Assembly: GCF_052425735.1 (NCBI RefSeq)
Contig: NC_135758.1
Span: 1,612,001-1,676,000, forward strand
Origin: Oculina patagonica
Taxonomy: Eukaryota
Length of the DNA stretch: 64,000 nt
Direction: 5' to 3'
Below the pieces are notes generated by a model. The model searched no databases. It saw nothing but the letters and a program-made list of their open reading frames with translations, and was not told the DNA's origin. Shown one piece after another: positions 1-13,670 of this stretch (position 1 is the first letter of the stretch; the number at the start of each line of letters is the position of its first letter). The position numbers and the translations under genes were made by a program.

Positions 1-19
1 AACTCATAAGTTAAAAAAC

Positions 20-419
20 TAGGGCTGCAACAATACACTGGTGCACCGGTGAATCGCGATATTTTTTGTCAAGATACGAATATCGGTATTTGAACAAAAT
101 ATCGCAGTATCGTAAAACAATAGAATATTCTTCATCAACATTCAGAAATTAATGTTTTAAATGACTTTTTACTTAAGTCAAAGCCCTCAATAGCGATTTT
201 TGTGTGCCCACAAGCAAAAACATGCAGTTCATGAGAACTTCACTTTGAAAATAAGTTTTTGCTGCTGATAAAGTTGAAAAAACGGTGTTACCAACAGAAT
301 TTAGTAAAATTATGGCACTTGTCAGTTGTATGTAATGTTGTATCGTATCGTGTATCGTATCGTGGCATTTGTATTGAGGTACATATCGTATTGTGGGAAA
401 ATATATCGTTGCAGCCCTA
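20..419. mobile_element. hAT-like MITE, 8-bp TSD
   Basis: TIRs TAGGGCTGCAAC / GTTGCAGCCCTA; TSD TAAAAAAC at 12-19 and 420-427. Confidence 0.88.
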
Positions 420-508
420 TAAAAAACTTGTAGCCCTAACATTGACTGACCAGCTTCTTCCATAAATTTGTAGAACTGGGTTAAAAGTGAATTTTTCAGG
501 CAAGGTGT

Positions 509-541
<33 letters not shown>

Positions 542-739
542 AAGGCTACTAAAATTTAGGTTTTGGCTACCAGGTTTAGCATTCCTACTAGCCATTTGGC
601 TAGTGAAAAACTCGGAAAAGGCAACTGTTCTTGATAGAAATCAATATACCTGACTAGTGAGAAATTACTTTTGGCTAGTAAAATCTGACATGTCACTAGC
701 CAGTAAACCAGTGAGTTAAAAAGTTAGTCTCAAGCCCTG
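509..739. mobile_element. MITE with CAGGG termini and 5-bp TSD
   Basis: TIRs CAGGGCTCGAGACTAAC / GTTAGTCTCAAGCCCTG; GGTGT on both flanks. Confidence 0.8.
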
Positions 740-1001
740 GGTGTCATCATACAAGGAACTGACAGAATGGGTCAAATTCCCACTGCTCTCACCAAATCGT
801 TATAAGTTTTCTGTTAATTTGTCGGGTCAGGTAGCTGCCCTTGTCGGGTTTTTGACCTGAGAGCCCTTTCTTATCTGAAACAATGTAGAAAATGATTTGG
901 TGATTTCTTGTCTTGTGAGCTTTAATCATTATTGCATGTATTGAAGTTATGTTCCCAAGTGAGCCAGTTCCTTATCTCATATATTTCTCACTGATCATCA
1001 G

Positions 1002-3439
1002 GGATGCTACAGGTGTGGTACTGCACAAGGACTCCAAATGGTACCAACAGTGGAAGGAATTCAAAGATAACAATCCTGTCGTTACTGGTAAAAAAGCTTA
1101 TTTCATGATGTGTATACTGTGACTAGTCCATCGTTTTTCTCAAGGTTACTTATAAAAAAGTGGGTCATTGGACTAACCCAGGGCTCGAGAAAAGTGCCAT
1201 CTAGTCATCCGGGACAAGAAGATTTCCTTGCTGGCAAGTAACTCTTCTTTCTCAGTACCAAGGGCCCAGGCAAGACATCTGCCAACTACATTTTTATTCA
1301 TTTAGAAAAACTAAACTACCTTATTATAGAAAATTAACAATACATGTTATTAACACGAATTTCAAAAATTCGCATTAATTATGTGTGTTAACTTTTTTAC
1401 TATAAGCATTTGACCAGAACTTTTCCTAAATTCGCGTTAATTTTATTACGCGTCAATTTTGTTTGCGTTGTTAAAATGCCTCGTTATATTCCTATAATAA
1501 GGTAAGACAAAAATGCAACTGCCCCGGGCAAGCAAAATTTGAGAGCTGCTTAGTTCGTTTGTCCAACGGGCAAGCTAGAATTCAAGTCGTTTGCCCTGCT
1601 TATCCTGGGATAAATAAGGGACTACTCATAGTTGCCTTGATGTAGAAAATTTTGATGGTTTATGTGAATTTCAGCTACAGTAGTTGAGTTATCATCCATT
1701 CCAACAAAATTGCTGGTTAAGTTTATTCAGTCGTATGCATTTGTTTCATTATCAGGTCTGTTCAATCTCAAAACAAAATACGATGAAAGTGACAATGTGA
1801 TGGTAAGAGCTTCTAGAGTGGTGACAGACAAGCTACAAGATGTTTTTAGTAAGTGAACAGTACCGTGTTCTATGACATTTTACTGAGTTAAATTGCCATT
1901 CTGGTAATTGCTAGAGTAAAATTAATTTGCTTATTTGCTGCCTTTTTTGTGAAGTTGAGTAATTAGTGAATGGCACAACATTGACCAAAGTCATCGTTCA
2001 GATGGAGTGAAACATTTTTTATCATTTCATGATTGATCAATTTTGCCATTAATGCCCACGTCGCAAGTGGAGGTTAGGTGCCCAAGCGGCCCGGGGGCTG
2101 CAATCGCAATCACACCCCCAAGGCGCCAGAACACCCGACTGGCCTGCCCAAACCCGCAACCCAGCCATGAGCCCCCCGTATCGGGCCCCCGAACCCGAGC
2201 ACTCGTCACACTCAAGCCCAAATGGCTCAGTGGAAGAAAACTGAACATTAGGACCCAGTAAAAGGCCCAAACCCCAGGGAGGGAGGGAAGGGAATGCTGA
2301 GAACGCTACTACAAACTGACACAAACGCCACGCCGAACGAACAACTAACGCAAGCACATGGGATAGCTACGCATGTACCAAAGGGAGACACCGCTGGACA
2401 AGACTCGACCCAGCACTTCAGCAACCATGTGAACGCCACCAAACGCTACTAACAAACATACGCCAAACGCTTAATGCTACAAACGCCCGAAACACTAGAA
2501 ACACGCTAATGACTAGGCTCTTGCTCGTTGTCGTTAACTATGTTAAATTACATTTAACTGTATTTATGTTATTTGCTCTTCACTCGTGGATAGATGATAA
2601 AAATCATTATGATTAGTTTTTATGCATCTCAGCATTTCTCTGTTAACTGTCCCCTCCACACCCCTCTTTTCCTCATGCAAGCATCCAATGGGATTACTGC
2701 TACTTTTGCGTAGTTATGCAAGTTTACTACAGGTCAAGAAATGGTCAGGAAAAAAAATATCTTCAAGGTCAGGGAAAAGTCAGGGAATTTTATTTTGAGT
2801 CAGGAAAGATTGGCGTGGTGTTTTTCCTTTGGAAATGGAGGCTGGAGGCTGCAATTTTTATATCTGACATTTTGCATTTTTTAGTCAGGGAAATTTGATT
2901 TTTATCAGGTAAAGCTCAGGGAATTTGTAAAACTGATGTCTGAGGCAACCATGTAATAGAGTTCATAAAGTTCTTTGTGAAATCCAAAAGTCAATGCCTG
3001 CTGACAGCTCTCTTCTATTAGGAATTTACAAAAAACTTATTTTATTAACTCCCTAGGTGATGTGTTTTCACAATCGGACACAGCAAAGACAATGGCTGAA
3101 ATCACAAGAATTGATCCCCAGTTTAACAAAGACAGTTTTCTTAAAGAATGTGAATTTGAAATCATCCCTTCAGTTTTAGAGGTATGATATTATGGGCACT
3201 ACAGTCTATGCATCAGCCAGCTTGATAAGATGTTATAAGAAGATGTGCCGTGAAGGACACAAAACATAGAACATAAAAGTGTAAGGCATCAAAATATTTG
3301 CAGTTCAAATCTGCTTCATGGCAGACAAGTCGCACAGAGTTCATTCAGCATGTAGAGAAAGTCCTGTCCGTTAGCCCAGGCTTAAGCTAGCAGATTTTCC
3401 TGTTGGGCTAGTGGATTTTATCCATCACTTACCCAATGG

Positions 3440-3484
<45 letters not shown>

Positions 3485-6101
3485 ACAATGGCGAGCCGAT
3501 AGGCGAGCCATTGTTAACGGCCATGCAGATCGGACCAAATATTTTATTCTACTTGTGAAATGAAAACAATAAATCGAATGCAAAGTATTGTTATGCGTAT
3601 CAGTACAGATCTGTATCTAAAGTTAATGAATACTAATTAGCTGAGCAGGAGTTTGTATCAAAAGTTAATTCTATTGTTTGATTTGTATTGGGGTTTACAG
3701 TTGTGTACATGTGATCTGAATATGGTACTGGCATTGGTTTGCACCCGCATGAATATTTAATGAATTTTACAAGTAACATTTTTAGACTTTTTACTTAATG
3801 GAAATTAATTTGGGCCACTGAGAAAGGCCTTTGGGCTAGCGGGCTTTGCTATTTCTAAGTGGCTGTGCTCTTTTTTATTGTTAATTTTTTCTCTTGCATG
3901 TATTTACTTATTGTAAAACTCTTCTGGGCACGAAATAAAAGATTGTTGTTGTTGTAGCACCCAATGACTACAACTTACCCAAAGGGCAACCTTGGAAAAT
4001 CTGTTTCTTTGCACTAAGATGTATTTTCTCATGTTTTTTGTAGGCATTCCTAAAAGGTGACTTGGATGTCTTAAAAGACTGGTGCCACGAACCAGTAAGT
4101 GTTGTTAGAGTTGTTATACTGATGCTTTTCCTTAAAATCTACCCAATATACCCAACATTAGAACACCGCAAAAGAGAACAAGTCTTATGCTCTACATCAA
4201 CAATACTGTGGAAATGCAAGAATTTTAACTTTGAACCTTATATATTCTAGGACAAATTAGCGCATTTTGGAGATTACTACGGAAGCTTACCTAGTGAATA
4301 GTTTGAACCCAGGAGTATCAGTAGTTCGTATAGTGTGATCCTCTGGGTGAAAGTAGTTCTGAAAAGGGCTGTTGTTGGTTACTGACGTTTCAGACGTTTC
4401 GACAACCTGAACAGAAGTCATCTTCAAAGACAAGTGACCTTTTATGGAATAGTGTTGTTACCAATCGTATAATTATTATTGTGCTTCATTGACTTGGTTA
4501 ATACCACTTCTGAACATTTTAGGGTGTCTTTGCTATAGAATTCTAATTGTGGTCTTTTTCTAGGCATACAATGTTCTAGCTGCGCAGATTGAGCAAACCA
4601 AGCAGCTGGGACAGAAACTTGAAGCAAAAATCCTGGATGTCAGAGATGTCGACGTAAGTTAAAACGCAAAACAACTGGACAAATGGTTTGTCATAATTAG
4701 AAGGATTCATCTAATCGAAACTTTAAAGTCACTAAATCTTCGGTGGCCTTTGTCTACCTTCATCAGAGTAAAATTAAATGTTCGTTAATAATTTGTCGTT
4801 TAACCTTACATTGTGCGGGCACATACAGGGTCTACAGAGAGAGTAAGTTAGCACGAGTACACAACATGAGCTTTATTTGCATATTTTGGCGTTTCCTTCC
4901 TTCTTTTCCCTACTCGTTTACCCCTTCCCGTCCTATGCTTCTTGGCCCTTAGGCGAAACACCTTGTTTTTTGCCACTTTCATAAATGTAAATAAAGTGGA
5001 AAGCCCGCGTTTCGTGTTTCCCATTAAATTCTTAATCCTGAAAAACATGAAGCTAGAAAACGTTTTAGTAGCTTGTCTTGCCAAGATACATAATGGTAGA
5101 TATCCGATTAGGAAAGGATTTTTTTCGTCAGACTTTTTTTTGGTTAATGTAGAATTTTAATACAGTTTTACATTGACCATCAACTGCTGATTTTCAGGTG
5201 GCAATGGCCAAGGTCATGGAACAAGGACCTGTTTTAGTCCTGACGTTTATGGTCCAACAGATAATGATCCTCAAAGACGCAGTTGGCAATATTGTCGAGG
5301 GCGGTGAAGTAAGTACTTCAAACACTACTTTTAACTTTCCTTCTTCGTACAACTACATGTGTGCTGCATTGGACTCTGGGTCAAGAGGTCTGGGTTCTAA
5401 CCCAGCCAGGGCCCTTGTCAACCGCGGTCAAACGACAGAAAAATGCAAAAAAAAAAAAAAAGTACTTCAAAGAGAAGGTTTTAATTTTCACAGTTCAAAG
5501 TTCGATACATTACCGGTATCCTGACAATTTACTTAGTTTTTTGAGCTTTACTTAAAAAGTTCTACGTATATATAGCGATATGCGACTAATATCGGCGCAA
5601 TTTGTCAAAGCACTTTGGCTCGGATGCGGAACATTTTAAAGGTAAAAACACTAGCTTACCTGAGGAAAACGGAATATGTTTTCACTATGCAACTATTTTT
5701 TCGATCCATGCTCATACTAACACATTCAATATAAACCAAATTCGCCGAAATAGAGCGAAAAGCTGCCAGAAACGTTTGACCGCGGTGAAGGAAGGGCCCT
5801 GGTGCTATTACATTTTGGGCAAGACAGTTTACTTCTGAGGTGCCACCCAGAGGCCAGTTATTCAAATGGTGGATAATGCTATCCACTGGCTAAATCGCTA
5901 TCCAATAGATAAGTGTTGATAACACAAACTTCCAACATGGCCCGGGTGCAGATTTTAACTTAATCTTCATTTTGTTTTCAGGATAACATTGAAAATGTCA
6001 GCTACGTGTGGGCACTATGCCGGGATCAAAGTATTTTGGACCACAGATCAGCGTGGAGGGTACTGGAGTTTGGCATACAAAACAGCAGTGCATGGGTCTA
6101 A
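1002..6101 (+). CDS. TIMM44: Mitochondrial import inner membrane translocase subunit Tim44; last 7 coding exons (5' part lies upstream of the window)
   Basis: GT-AG exons 1002-1087, 1756-1848, 3057-3181, 4044-4094, 4564-4653, 5198-5308, 5982-6101 splice in frame: GVVLHKDSKWYQQWKEFKDNN...KYDESDN...IIPSVLEAFLKGDLDVLKDWCHEP...MAKVMEQGPVLVLTF...YVWALCRDQ...AWRVLEF...WV*. These match hallmark Tim44 motifs. Confidence 0.97.
2040..2515 (-). mobile_element. GC-rich, strand-skewed intronic insert; probable 3' UTR fragment of a non-LTR (L1/Tx1-like) element
   Basis: Abrupt compositional shift inside a TIMM44 intron, C/A-rich with internal AAACGC repeats; no coherent ORF. Class is from recall only. Confidence 0.4.
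4321..4438 (-). mobile_element. Decayed hammerhead-ribozyme repeat (Penelope/retrozyme type)
   Basis: Minus strand reads TTGAAGATGACTTCTGTTCAGGTTGTCGAAACGTC, i.e. a CTGANGA...GAAA core with the first C mutated. A more degraded copy lies at about 9545-9620. Confidence 0.55.
5406..5802. mobile_element. MITE nested in a tRNA-SINE remnant
   Basis: TIRs CCAGGGCCCT..ACCGCGGTCAAACG / CGTTTGACCGCGGT..AGGGCCCTGG; SINE-like sequence continues on both sides (about 5357-5840). Confidence 0.7.
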
Positions 6102-6899
6102 CAGAATTCATCAACATCTGCTCCTAAATTTAATTTTTACTTTTCAAAATGTTCACTGAGAAGATATTTTAAAAGATACACTGACAATAACTGTGTACAT
6201 GTACTCCTACGTGAGGAGAAAGAGCGCAAGAAGAATTCTCTAACGGCTAGGGTTAAGATTGTGAGCTTTCTTTTGGCCCGCGAGGTGATTTTGCAGTGCT
6301 CTCGGCAGGACACGAGGCGAGCGCAGGCCACGCGAGACACGCGTGTCTGAAGGTCACCACTGCGCGCGTCTCGCTGTGCCCAGAACCACACCGGAAGGCT
6401 CTCTTCCGCGAAGGGTAGAGAAAATAAACTAGCAAGCTACTTGGATGATCTTCGTGAATGTTGCGCTTGCAGTGTTTGATGGTATTGGCCGTTTTTGAGT
6501 TGTAAATACAACATTCACTTATTAACAGTCGTGATAATTTGATGATGGTATTTTGTGATATTTATGATTAAAGTAATCTACGAACAATTTTAAACTGACG
6601 TTTCAGTAATGTCTTTCACAGAGACAGTTCTTTTGGACAAATTTGTGCCTTGTACGACTATAAAAGAATTCGAAGAGAGGATCGCGTTTCTGCGCCAGAG
6701 ATAGAGCATGAGTTAGGATAGCCTGTGTACAGCCGTCCCGCGCCGCTCAGAAAAAATCAGGACATATGGCACATGCTTACGGCGTGGAGCTTTCTGCTCA
6801 GAGTTTGTTAAAAATGACCTATTTTATATTATTATCTTCCATCACTGAAGAATTTGAGGTGGCTTCCCGTAAAAAAGCAGCTTTACCTCCGAGACGCTG

Positions 6900-7330
6900 T
6901 TTTCGCATTTAAGTGCATGACGGGCTGTGCCCCGACCTATCTGACTTCGCAATTTGTCAAAAGGCAATAAATATCAAGCAGAACCACAAGAAATTCACAT
7001 CAACTGAATATTCCCCTGTGCAAAACCACTGCTGGCCAGAAGTCATTTTATTACAGAATAGTAAAGCTATGGAACTCTTTAGACAAAGACTTAAAACTAT
7101 GCAAGAGTCATACAATTTTTAAGACAACTCTGAAGACAAAGCTTCTCAGCGAGTTTTTAAATTATTTTTTTTTCTTATTTCTTGCATTTTTCTTTCTATT
7201 TCTTTTTATTTTTTATAATATATAACTAGGGTACACATTTTAAATTTTACATTTTATTCAACTTCATGTATTGTTCACTGAAAAAACCTCTTTAGGAGTG
7301 TTCAATAAAATTTTACCTTACCTTACCTTT
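6900..7330 (+). mobile_element. 3' end of a CR1/L2-group LINE
   Basis: Encodes LNIPLCKTTAGQKSFYYRIVKLWNSL...FKRQLKTKLL, followed by AATAAA and a (CCTTA)n tail. Confidence 0.75.
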
Positions 7331-8487
7331 ACCGCGCTCTGATTGGCTGCTGAGCGGGCATTATTTTCTTGTAATGACCGGGCATTATGAAAAATTTTCT
7401 CGGCTCGGTGGTTTTTATATGATTTTTTGAGTTGTGAGTAAAAGCTACTAGCGCAGTTGCGAGAACGACAATAAATACCGACAAAATGTAACTATCTTTT
7501 CAACAACTGAAAGAAAAATATAAGCATACCGATACTTCTTTAGTATGAGCGACGAAGAGAGCCACAGAGAGCGAGAGCGAGTTTCGCCTCGGTGTTTTTT
7601 AGATATTTCAGTTAACCTTCAGGACCGGCTCCAACTGTCCGTCTTAGAGAGGTGTCCGTTAAAAGAGAGTTGACTGTACTTTAAACATTGTGATTGTGGT
7701 TTTCAATAAACCTTCTGTTGTAATTTGTATCAGTTATTGTTGTTTTAACAACTATCAGAAATTTACCGGCGGTCATAATGAGCCAGGGTATTTCATAAAG
7801 ATTTGCCAGAATAGAGCGGTTGGAATCACGGTTGAATCATGGTCAGTGTTTTTCCAAAATCAACAAACCGAACGAAAGAGATGACGCTTGGAACGCTTAC
7901 CCTAACTCTGAAGGGCGCGAGAATTCAAGCAAGGCCCTGTGAACGAGTTATGAGGCAAGAATTTATAGTGGGAAGGGACAAAAGACAGTTGAAGAACACT
8001 GACCCGGTAAATGCATCACTCAGATATTCTCCCACGCAGTCGTTTTAGGGGCGATCGTGTTTCACTCCTCCAGATCGCCCCTAAGAACGACTGCGTCGGA
8101 GGATACACTAAGCACTGATGATATTAGAAAATACAAAGTAGAAAAAACAATTCTCCAGCACCTTTACACTGTAGCTTGCCTATGAGTTTATTGTCTCCTT
8201 TCCAACTGAACAATGTTGTTACAGGGATACTTGGATATTTCACGCGTTGAGTTCCTCCCCATCCCCCACCTTCCTGCGCTTTCTCAGGTGTTTTCAGAGT
8301 CTCACTAAACACCCGCTTTTACGTGTAGCACACTCCGTTCTGCATGCTATGGGGTCTGGGACCGATATTGAAATCACGTGACGCTGACCGTAACGCTTCG
8401 TTTGGCTTCCTTGGAGAGTCCGCGCCAATTCAATTTTTACTCGCTCTAGCCCTCGCTTCATGTTTTGATTGAATCTCGGCTGATAAA

Positions 8488-10457
8488 ATGGTGAGCACAG
8501 TGATAAAAAGCTCCATCGCTGGGCTTCTCGTATTTGCTTTCTGTACAGCAGGTATCGTGAAGATCACAAACAAATTTGCTCCGCAAGTTCACCAACAAAT
8601 GGTAAGCTAACAGACCTCTGTCCTTTGGTACTGGATTTTACGTGAGATAAATGACTAGCTGCATCCGCAGTGATCCTACTTTCTGTTGCTGTTGTTGTTG
8701 TCTGTTTTAACCTGGCACCTTTCTTCTGCAGCAGTGCCGCTAGTAGCATTTACACTGTATTTGAGTGTTGAGTGTTTTGCTTCATCGTAACAAATTTCCC
8801 GAGCAAATAATGTGCTAATTATTATTCCACGTTGTGTTGGAGACAATTAATCATTCACACCATTTTCTTTTTCCAAGTTGTATTAAAGAGGGCAAGATTT
8901 CCGCACAGCCCCCTACATTAATTATGCATACAATATTCTAACTGATTCGTTCTTTTCATGATTGCTGTTTATCTGTTTATGCACCTATCAATGTTAAGCC
9001 CGAGGGGGGGGGGGGGGGGGGTCGGGCTAACCACGGGAATTTGATCGTGAGGTAGGTCGACCAAAATCGCTACCCTGGGGCCATCACGTACGATCAAAAT
9101 CCCTACCCAGGGGACCTACCTCACGATCAAATTCCCGTACCTTCACTATACATAATGCACCTATCAATGTTAAGCCCGAGGGGGAGGGGGGTCGGGCAAG
9201 GGGTGAGGATTTTGACATTTTCTATAAAAAATTGTCAAATTCTCCATTGGGACAAAATAATTGGTCAAAATACCCATGAAAGGTGGTCAGATGTCCTTCA
9301 AACCTTCTAAGGTTTGAAGGACATCTGACCACCTTTCACCTTTCTTTCCTCCCAAAAAAAAACGCTAGCAAAATTTCAAGACTCCCATACGGAGATTTTC
9401 GAAATTTGTGGTTCTGAGACCCTTGTAACTCAAATGATTACGAAATTTCGAAAACTTGTTTTTCAAAGCCAAGATTTCGAGACTTGGCCGAAAATTGCCG
9501 AAACTGAATCAAGCTAATTTAGGTGACCATTCTATACCCCTTGGAGAAGACTGTTGAGGTTATTACTGTCAGACATTTCAACAAAAATGAGAAGAAGTCA
9601 TTTTCAGGGTCAATTGAAGAGTTGTTTATTGGAGACTTGTGTAAAGTGTAGAGGGGCCAGCTGTATCATGCTATCTATGGCTCTGCTTTAAGTAGAATTT
9701 CATCCACTGGTTTCTTTCTTTGGTTTTTTCTGAGGTGTACTGGTAGTTGTTGGTGTTGGTTGAGCAGTGTTCTATAAAGTTAGTGAACCAACTACTAGAG
9801 TAATATTGTAGCCTGTGACACTGATCTGGTCATGTCCTAATGCATCTGTTGTGGTACGGTTCAGAATTTTCTATGTTCTGGTGTATGGTACGGTAATAAT
9901 ATGATAATGAATATGAAAGGAAAACACCAGGTTGTACAAAGGGTAAAAGTGAACCATAATAAATCTATCTCCTCCCCACCTCTCATCATCTGATTATTCA
10001 TGAATTTGCCTTGAATTTGACACCAAAGGAAATTGGAAAGTTAAGAATAAGTTAATAATTTATTCTCTCTTATGATTCATGTTTATTTCTAAGTGAATCC
10101 TTTTTTTCATGGCATGTTTATTTTTTAACTTAACAGAAACGTGATTTTGTTGACTTGGCACGAGTGCATCCATTGAAGGTGTGGTTTGGTCGTAATGTTA
10201 ATCCAGACATTTATCGCATGGTAATTGGATATCTTGAAGTTGTCTGTGCCCTGCTGCTGTATGCTGGACCAAGGCCTCTGAAAATAGCAAGCACTGTAGT
10301 ACTGTTGATTGTCATGACTGTGATGATGGAAAGTCTTTATTGGCTGGATAAGCCTACGGTCATGTTCGCGCCGCCAACAGTTAGTTCAATTCTGCTGGTG
10401 CTAAATTTTATAATGCTGTTGGGAGAGACACCACCAAAGCAGAAAAAGAAAGAGTAA
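8488..10457 (+). CDS. TMEM35B: TMEM35 family (TMEM35B/NACHO-like, DoxX-like) multi-pass membrane protein, 144 aa, 2 exons
   Basis: Exons 8488-8601 and 10137-10457: MVSTVIKSSIAGLLVFAFCTAGIVKIT...QMKRDFVDLARVHPLKVWFG...YRMVIGYLEVVCALLLYAGPRPLK...KQKKKE*. The PLKV and GxLE motifs resemble TMEM35B; the C-terminal KKxx is an ER-retrieval-type motif. Confidence 0.85.
9277..9338. repeat. Perfect inverted repeat, 30-bp arms and 2-nt spacer
   Basis: TGAAAGGTGGTCAGATGTCCTTCAAACCTT-CT-AAGGTTTGAAGGACATCTGACCACCTTTCA. Confidence 0.9.
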
Positions 10458-11164
10458 TTGACAGTAACTCTTCATTTGTACAGGAACACTTCTGGTACAG
10501 GCTAAAAACAACTTGGTGCTTGGCACAATCACTTTTTGTCAAGAGTAATGGACATCCAACTGGTGGGCAAGAAGACTGAGCAAAATTAAGTCTTTTACTC
10601 TTGAATTCAGTCAACTGTCTCTAAAACGGACACCATCGGGACCGGCTCCTGGCCCCCCAAAAAGAATAACCTCCTCACATAAGATTCATTGATTTGGTGT
10701 TCCCTCCTCCTCCTTCCCCCCCCCCTTAAAAAAAGTGACTTAAACAACAAACATAACTAAATTTACTACCCATCATGGGGCAATGTCAGTTTTATATTTT
10801 TACTTTCTAAGATTATAAAGTATTGCATTTGTTACCATAACCTTTGGGGTATTTTTTTAAAGGCAAAATCTGTTCCAAATATAAGCACAACCAAAACATT
10901 TTAAAGGCAAAATTCTTTACCGATTCCTCAAATTTATTTGAGGCTTGTTTTCAGAAATTTATGTAATTTAACACAGGATTCCCATATTTTGCACACAATG
11001 TTTGCTTCAAAAATTTCACCCTCATGAAATATATTTTTGTATTACTGGAAGAAAATGTTGATTTTCTCTCAAAAGCCCACATTAACTTCGTTCTGGCCCC
11101 AGTTTTCAAAGGGTGGATAACACTATCTACTGGATAAATCACTATCCAGTACTGAGATAGTATA

Positions 11165-11683
11165 CCGTATTTACTTGAATAAGCGCCGCGGCGCTTATTT
11201 AATTTTTCGCGCTTCAAGTGCGGCGCTTATTCGAGGGCGGCGCTTATTTAAAGTTTGGACGCTACAAAGAATCTTATCTTTTACAGTAATTGAAAATATA
11301 TGGTCTTTTGATTGTCAGTATTCGTCTCTTGCTGAAGAGAGATGTGGCGCTAGTTGTTCGGGCAAAGTTCGCGACCTTCACAACATATACAGAACTAGCA
11401 GAGAACTACATTATAAGAATGTTAAATAGAAAACTTAGGGGCGAGCGGAAAAACAATCACATTAAACTGTAAAACATCGCTTTTGATGAAAAGAAATGTC
11501 CCAGTTGGTTTTAGAATTGCTTTGAAGTGCTGTTTTTAGTTAAACGAAATTCATCGAATAAGCGCCGCATCGAGGCTGCGGCGCTTATTCGGGGGCGGCG
11601 CTTATTAACTTTTTTGTCTCAATTGCAGCACTTATTCGAGGGCGGCGCTTAATCGGGGGCGGCGCTTATTCGAGTAAATACGG
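11165..11683. mobile_element. Tc1/mariner-pogo-like MITE (TA TSD) nested in another repeat
   Basis: TA|CCGTATTTACTTGAATAAGCGCCGC ... GCGGCGCTTATTCGAGTAAATACGG|TA. A related truncated copy starts near 33424. Confidence 0.85.
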
Positions 11684-13670
11684 TAGTTCTGTCAACACTT
11701 ATCTGCTCCATAGCGATTGATCCAGTGGATGATGTCATCCAACCCTTGAACAACGGCCCTGAAGTCAAAAGGAGTAAAAATAATAATCTGTGAGAACCGG
11801 GTACCTAGGGGTGTTGTATGAAAAAAAGAAAGTGAACAAGTGGAGCTCCCTAGCCTCTACTCGCTTAATTTTTTTAGCCCTATACCCCACTGGCAGGGAC
11901 TGCGTACACAGGCTACAGTAAGTCAGTAAAGAACGAGAAATAAAGATCACACAATTCTGCACTTTATAATAGTTGTGAGTTTTCTTTCTGGAACTGCTAT
12001 GTTTAAGCAGGACTCCTGCGTTAAGAAAAGGGAAAAACTTTTCCAGTGTTTACTTATGCCTCATCGCGCCCCGGAGGACGCTTGAGACAGTTCAGAAAAG
12101 CACTCCATGCGTCTCGGTTTTCCCGTGCACAGGGTTTCAGAAACTTGAATTTGGGGGAACGAGAACCTTGACAAACGAGCTGTAGGTTGGCGGTTGTTTC
12201 TATAATTTGCTCCACAACAACGTGTAGTAACAGACCTAGTGAAACCTTGTTGGTCGCCAGGGATTCGATAAAAACCCTAAGCGGGTCAGACAAACGAAAT
12301 CAACTAACCATCACGCTTCCAACCACCCCCCTCCCCTCCCCTCCAAAAAAAGAAACTCAATCAAGATCAAAAAAACGACACGCTTTCTCTTAGGCTATTT
12401 TGAAAAGTGAATTTCTATTAAAGTGCCGTACAAAAGTAACGTAAATATCTCTAAAACAGAAGAAGATATTTCAAAAAGGAAAACGCATTTCTTCTTTATT
12501 TTGAATTATAAAAGCCTTTTAAATAAACAGCAATCATAGACACTCCAAATTGGGAAAACATCAAGGTAAAACCACGATATGATGTGTCCCTGAAAAAACT
12601 GTACAAGCTTCATTCTTTAGATCTCTTTACTAATCCTTTCGGGACTGTGACCTATGGTGAACCCTTTTAAATCACTTTTTTCCGGTCCGTAGGCTCTTAA
12701 AGAAATACGTCCTGGTTTATCCATAGTTATAACTTATAGTGTTTACGTACGCAGGGGTTCTAGTCAATTTTTTTGTAAATTGCAAATATAGCAACGAGAT
12801 AAGGATTTAAATTCTCGTGACGTGACGAAGCAAAAGATATATATATATAAAGACAACATGTGTTTGGTATTAAAAATTCACTTACAAACAATAGCCTGCG
12901 AGCAGGCTCCCAGGCCAAGTGGGGGGTTTATTACGCGAGCGTAGCGAGCAGAAGAGCGGGCTAACAAACGCTTATCGCTTATTATAAAAACCTATTCGAC
13001 CTATTCAAACGACGATGATGAAATCTTTAGGAAGACAGTATAACTATTTCGCAGGATTTTATTTCCAGAATCTGACCAAAAGTATGGCCCGCCGGAATGA
13101 AACAATTCACTGACATTTTTGCTATATTTTGACATAAAAATAAGCTGACTTAATTAGTTAGACAATATCAGGGATTAAAAAAATTATTATACCGTCCGAA
13201 CGACTTGTAAGCCGGTGCTTATTTGCTTAAAGGCAGGTACGCGCCTGGTAAACCTCTCACTATAATGTCTATAAAATGAACATGCATGTTCGCATGTTCC
13301 TAACTCTTGATCTTTCCCGCGCTTTTCTTCCGCCTGGTTGTGCGCGCCGATGTGCGGCTTCCCGCTTTTTTCCCGCCAAATGATCCCCCAACAACTACAA
13401 AGTTTGAGTAGTTTGAGTCCATTTATCGTTTATCTGCTTATAAAAATACTTCGTGCCAGCTACATGAATGATCGATGTACACTGAACACAAATGAATTTC
13501 TCACTTGTCTTTTACGTCAACCTTTCAAGGAAAAAACAACATCACTGTAAGTGGATAAAGTGAAAGGTCAAACTTCCGGTATCCTATCGTGATGTCGTGG
13601 AATGGAAACGCCCCCTGCCTCCAGAACTCTGCACGCGGCCGCCGGTCTCCATTTAAAAACGACACAAATT

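Noticed and set aside
2027-2442. Cluster of short overlapping ORFs
   Set aside because: A by-product of a GC-rich repeat insert within a TIMM44 intron.
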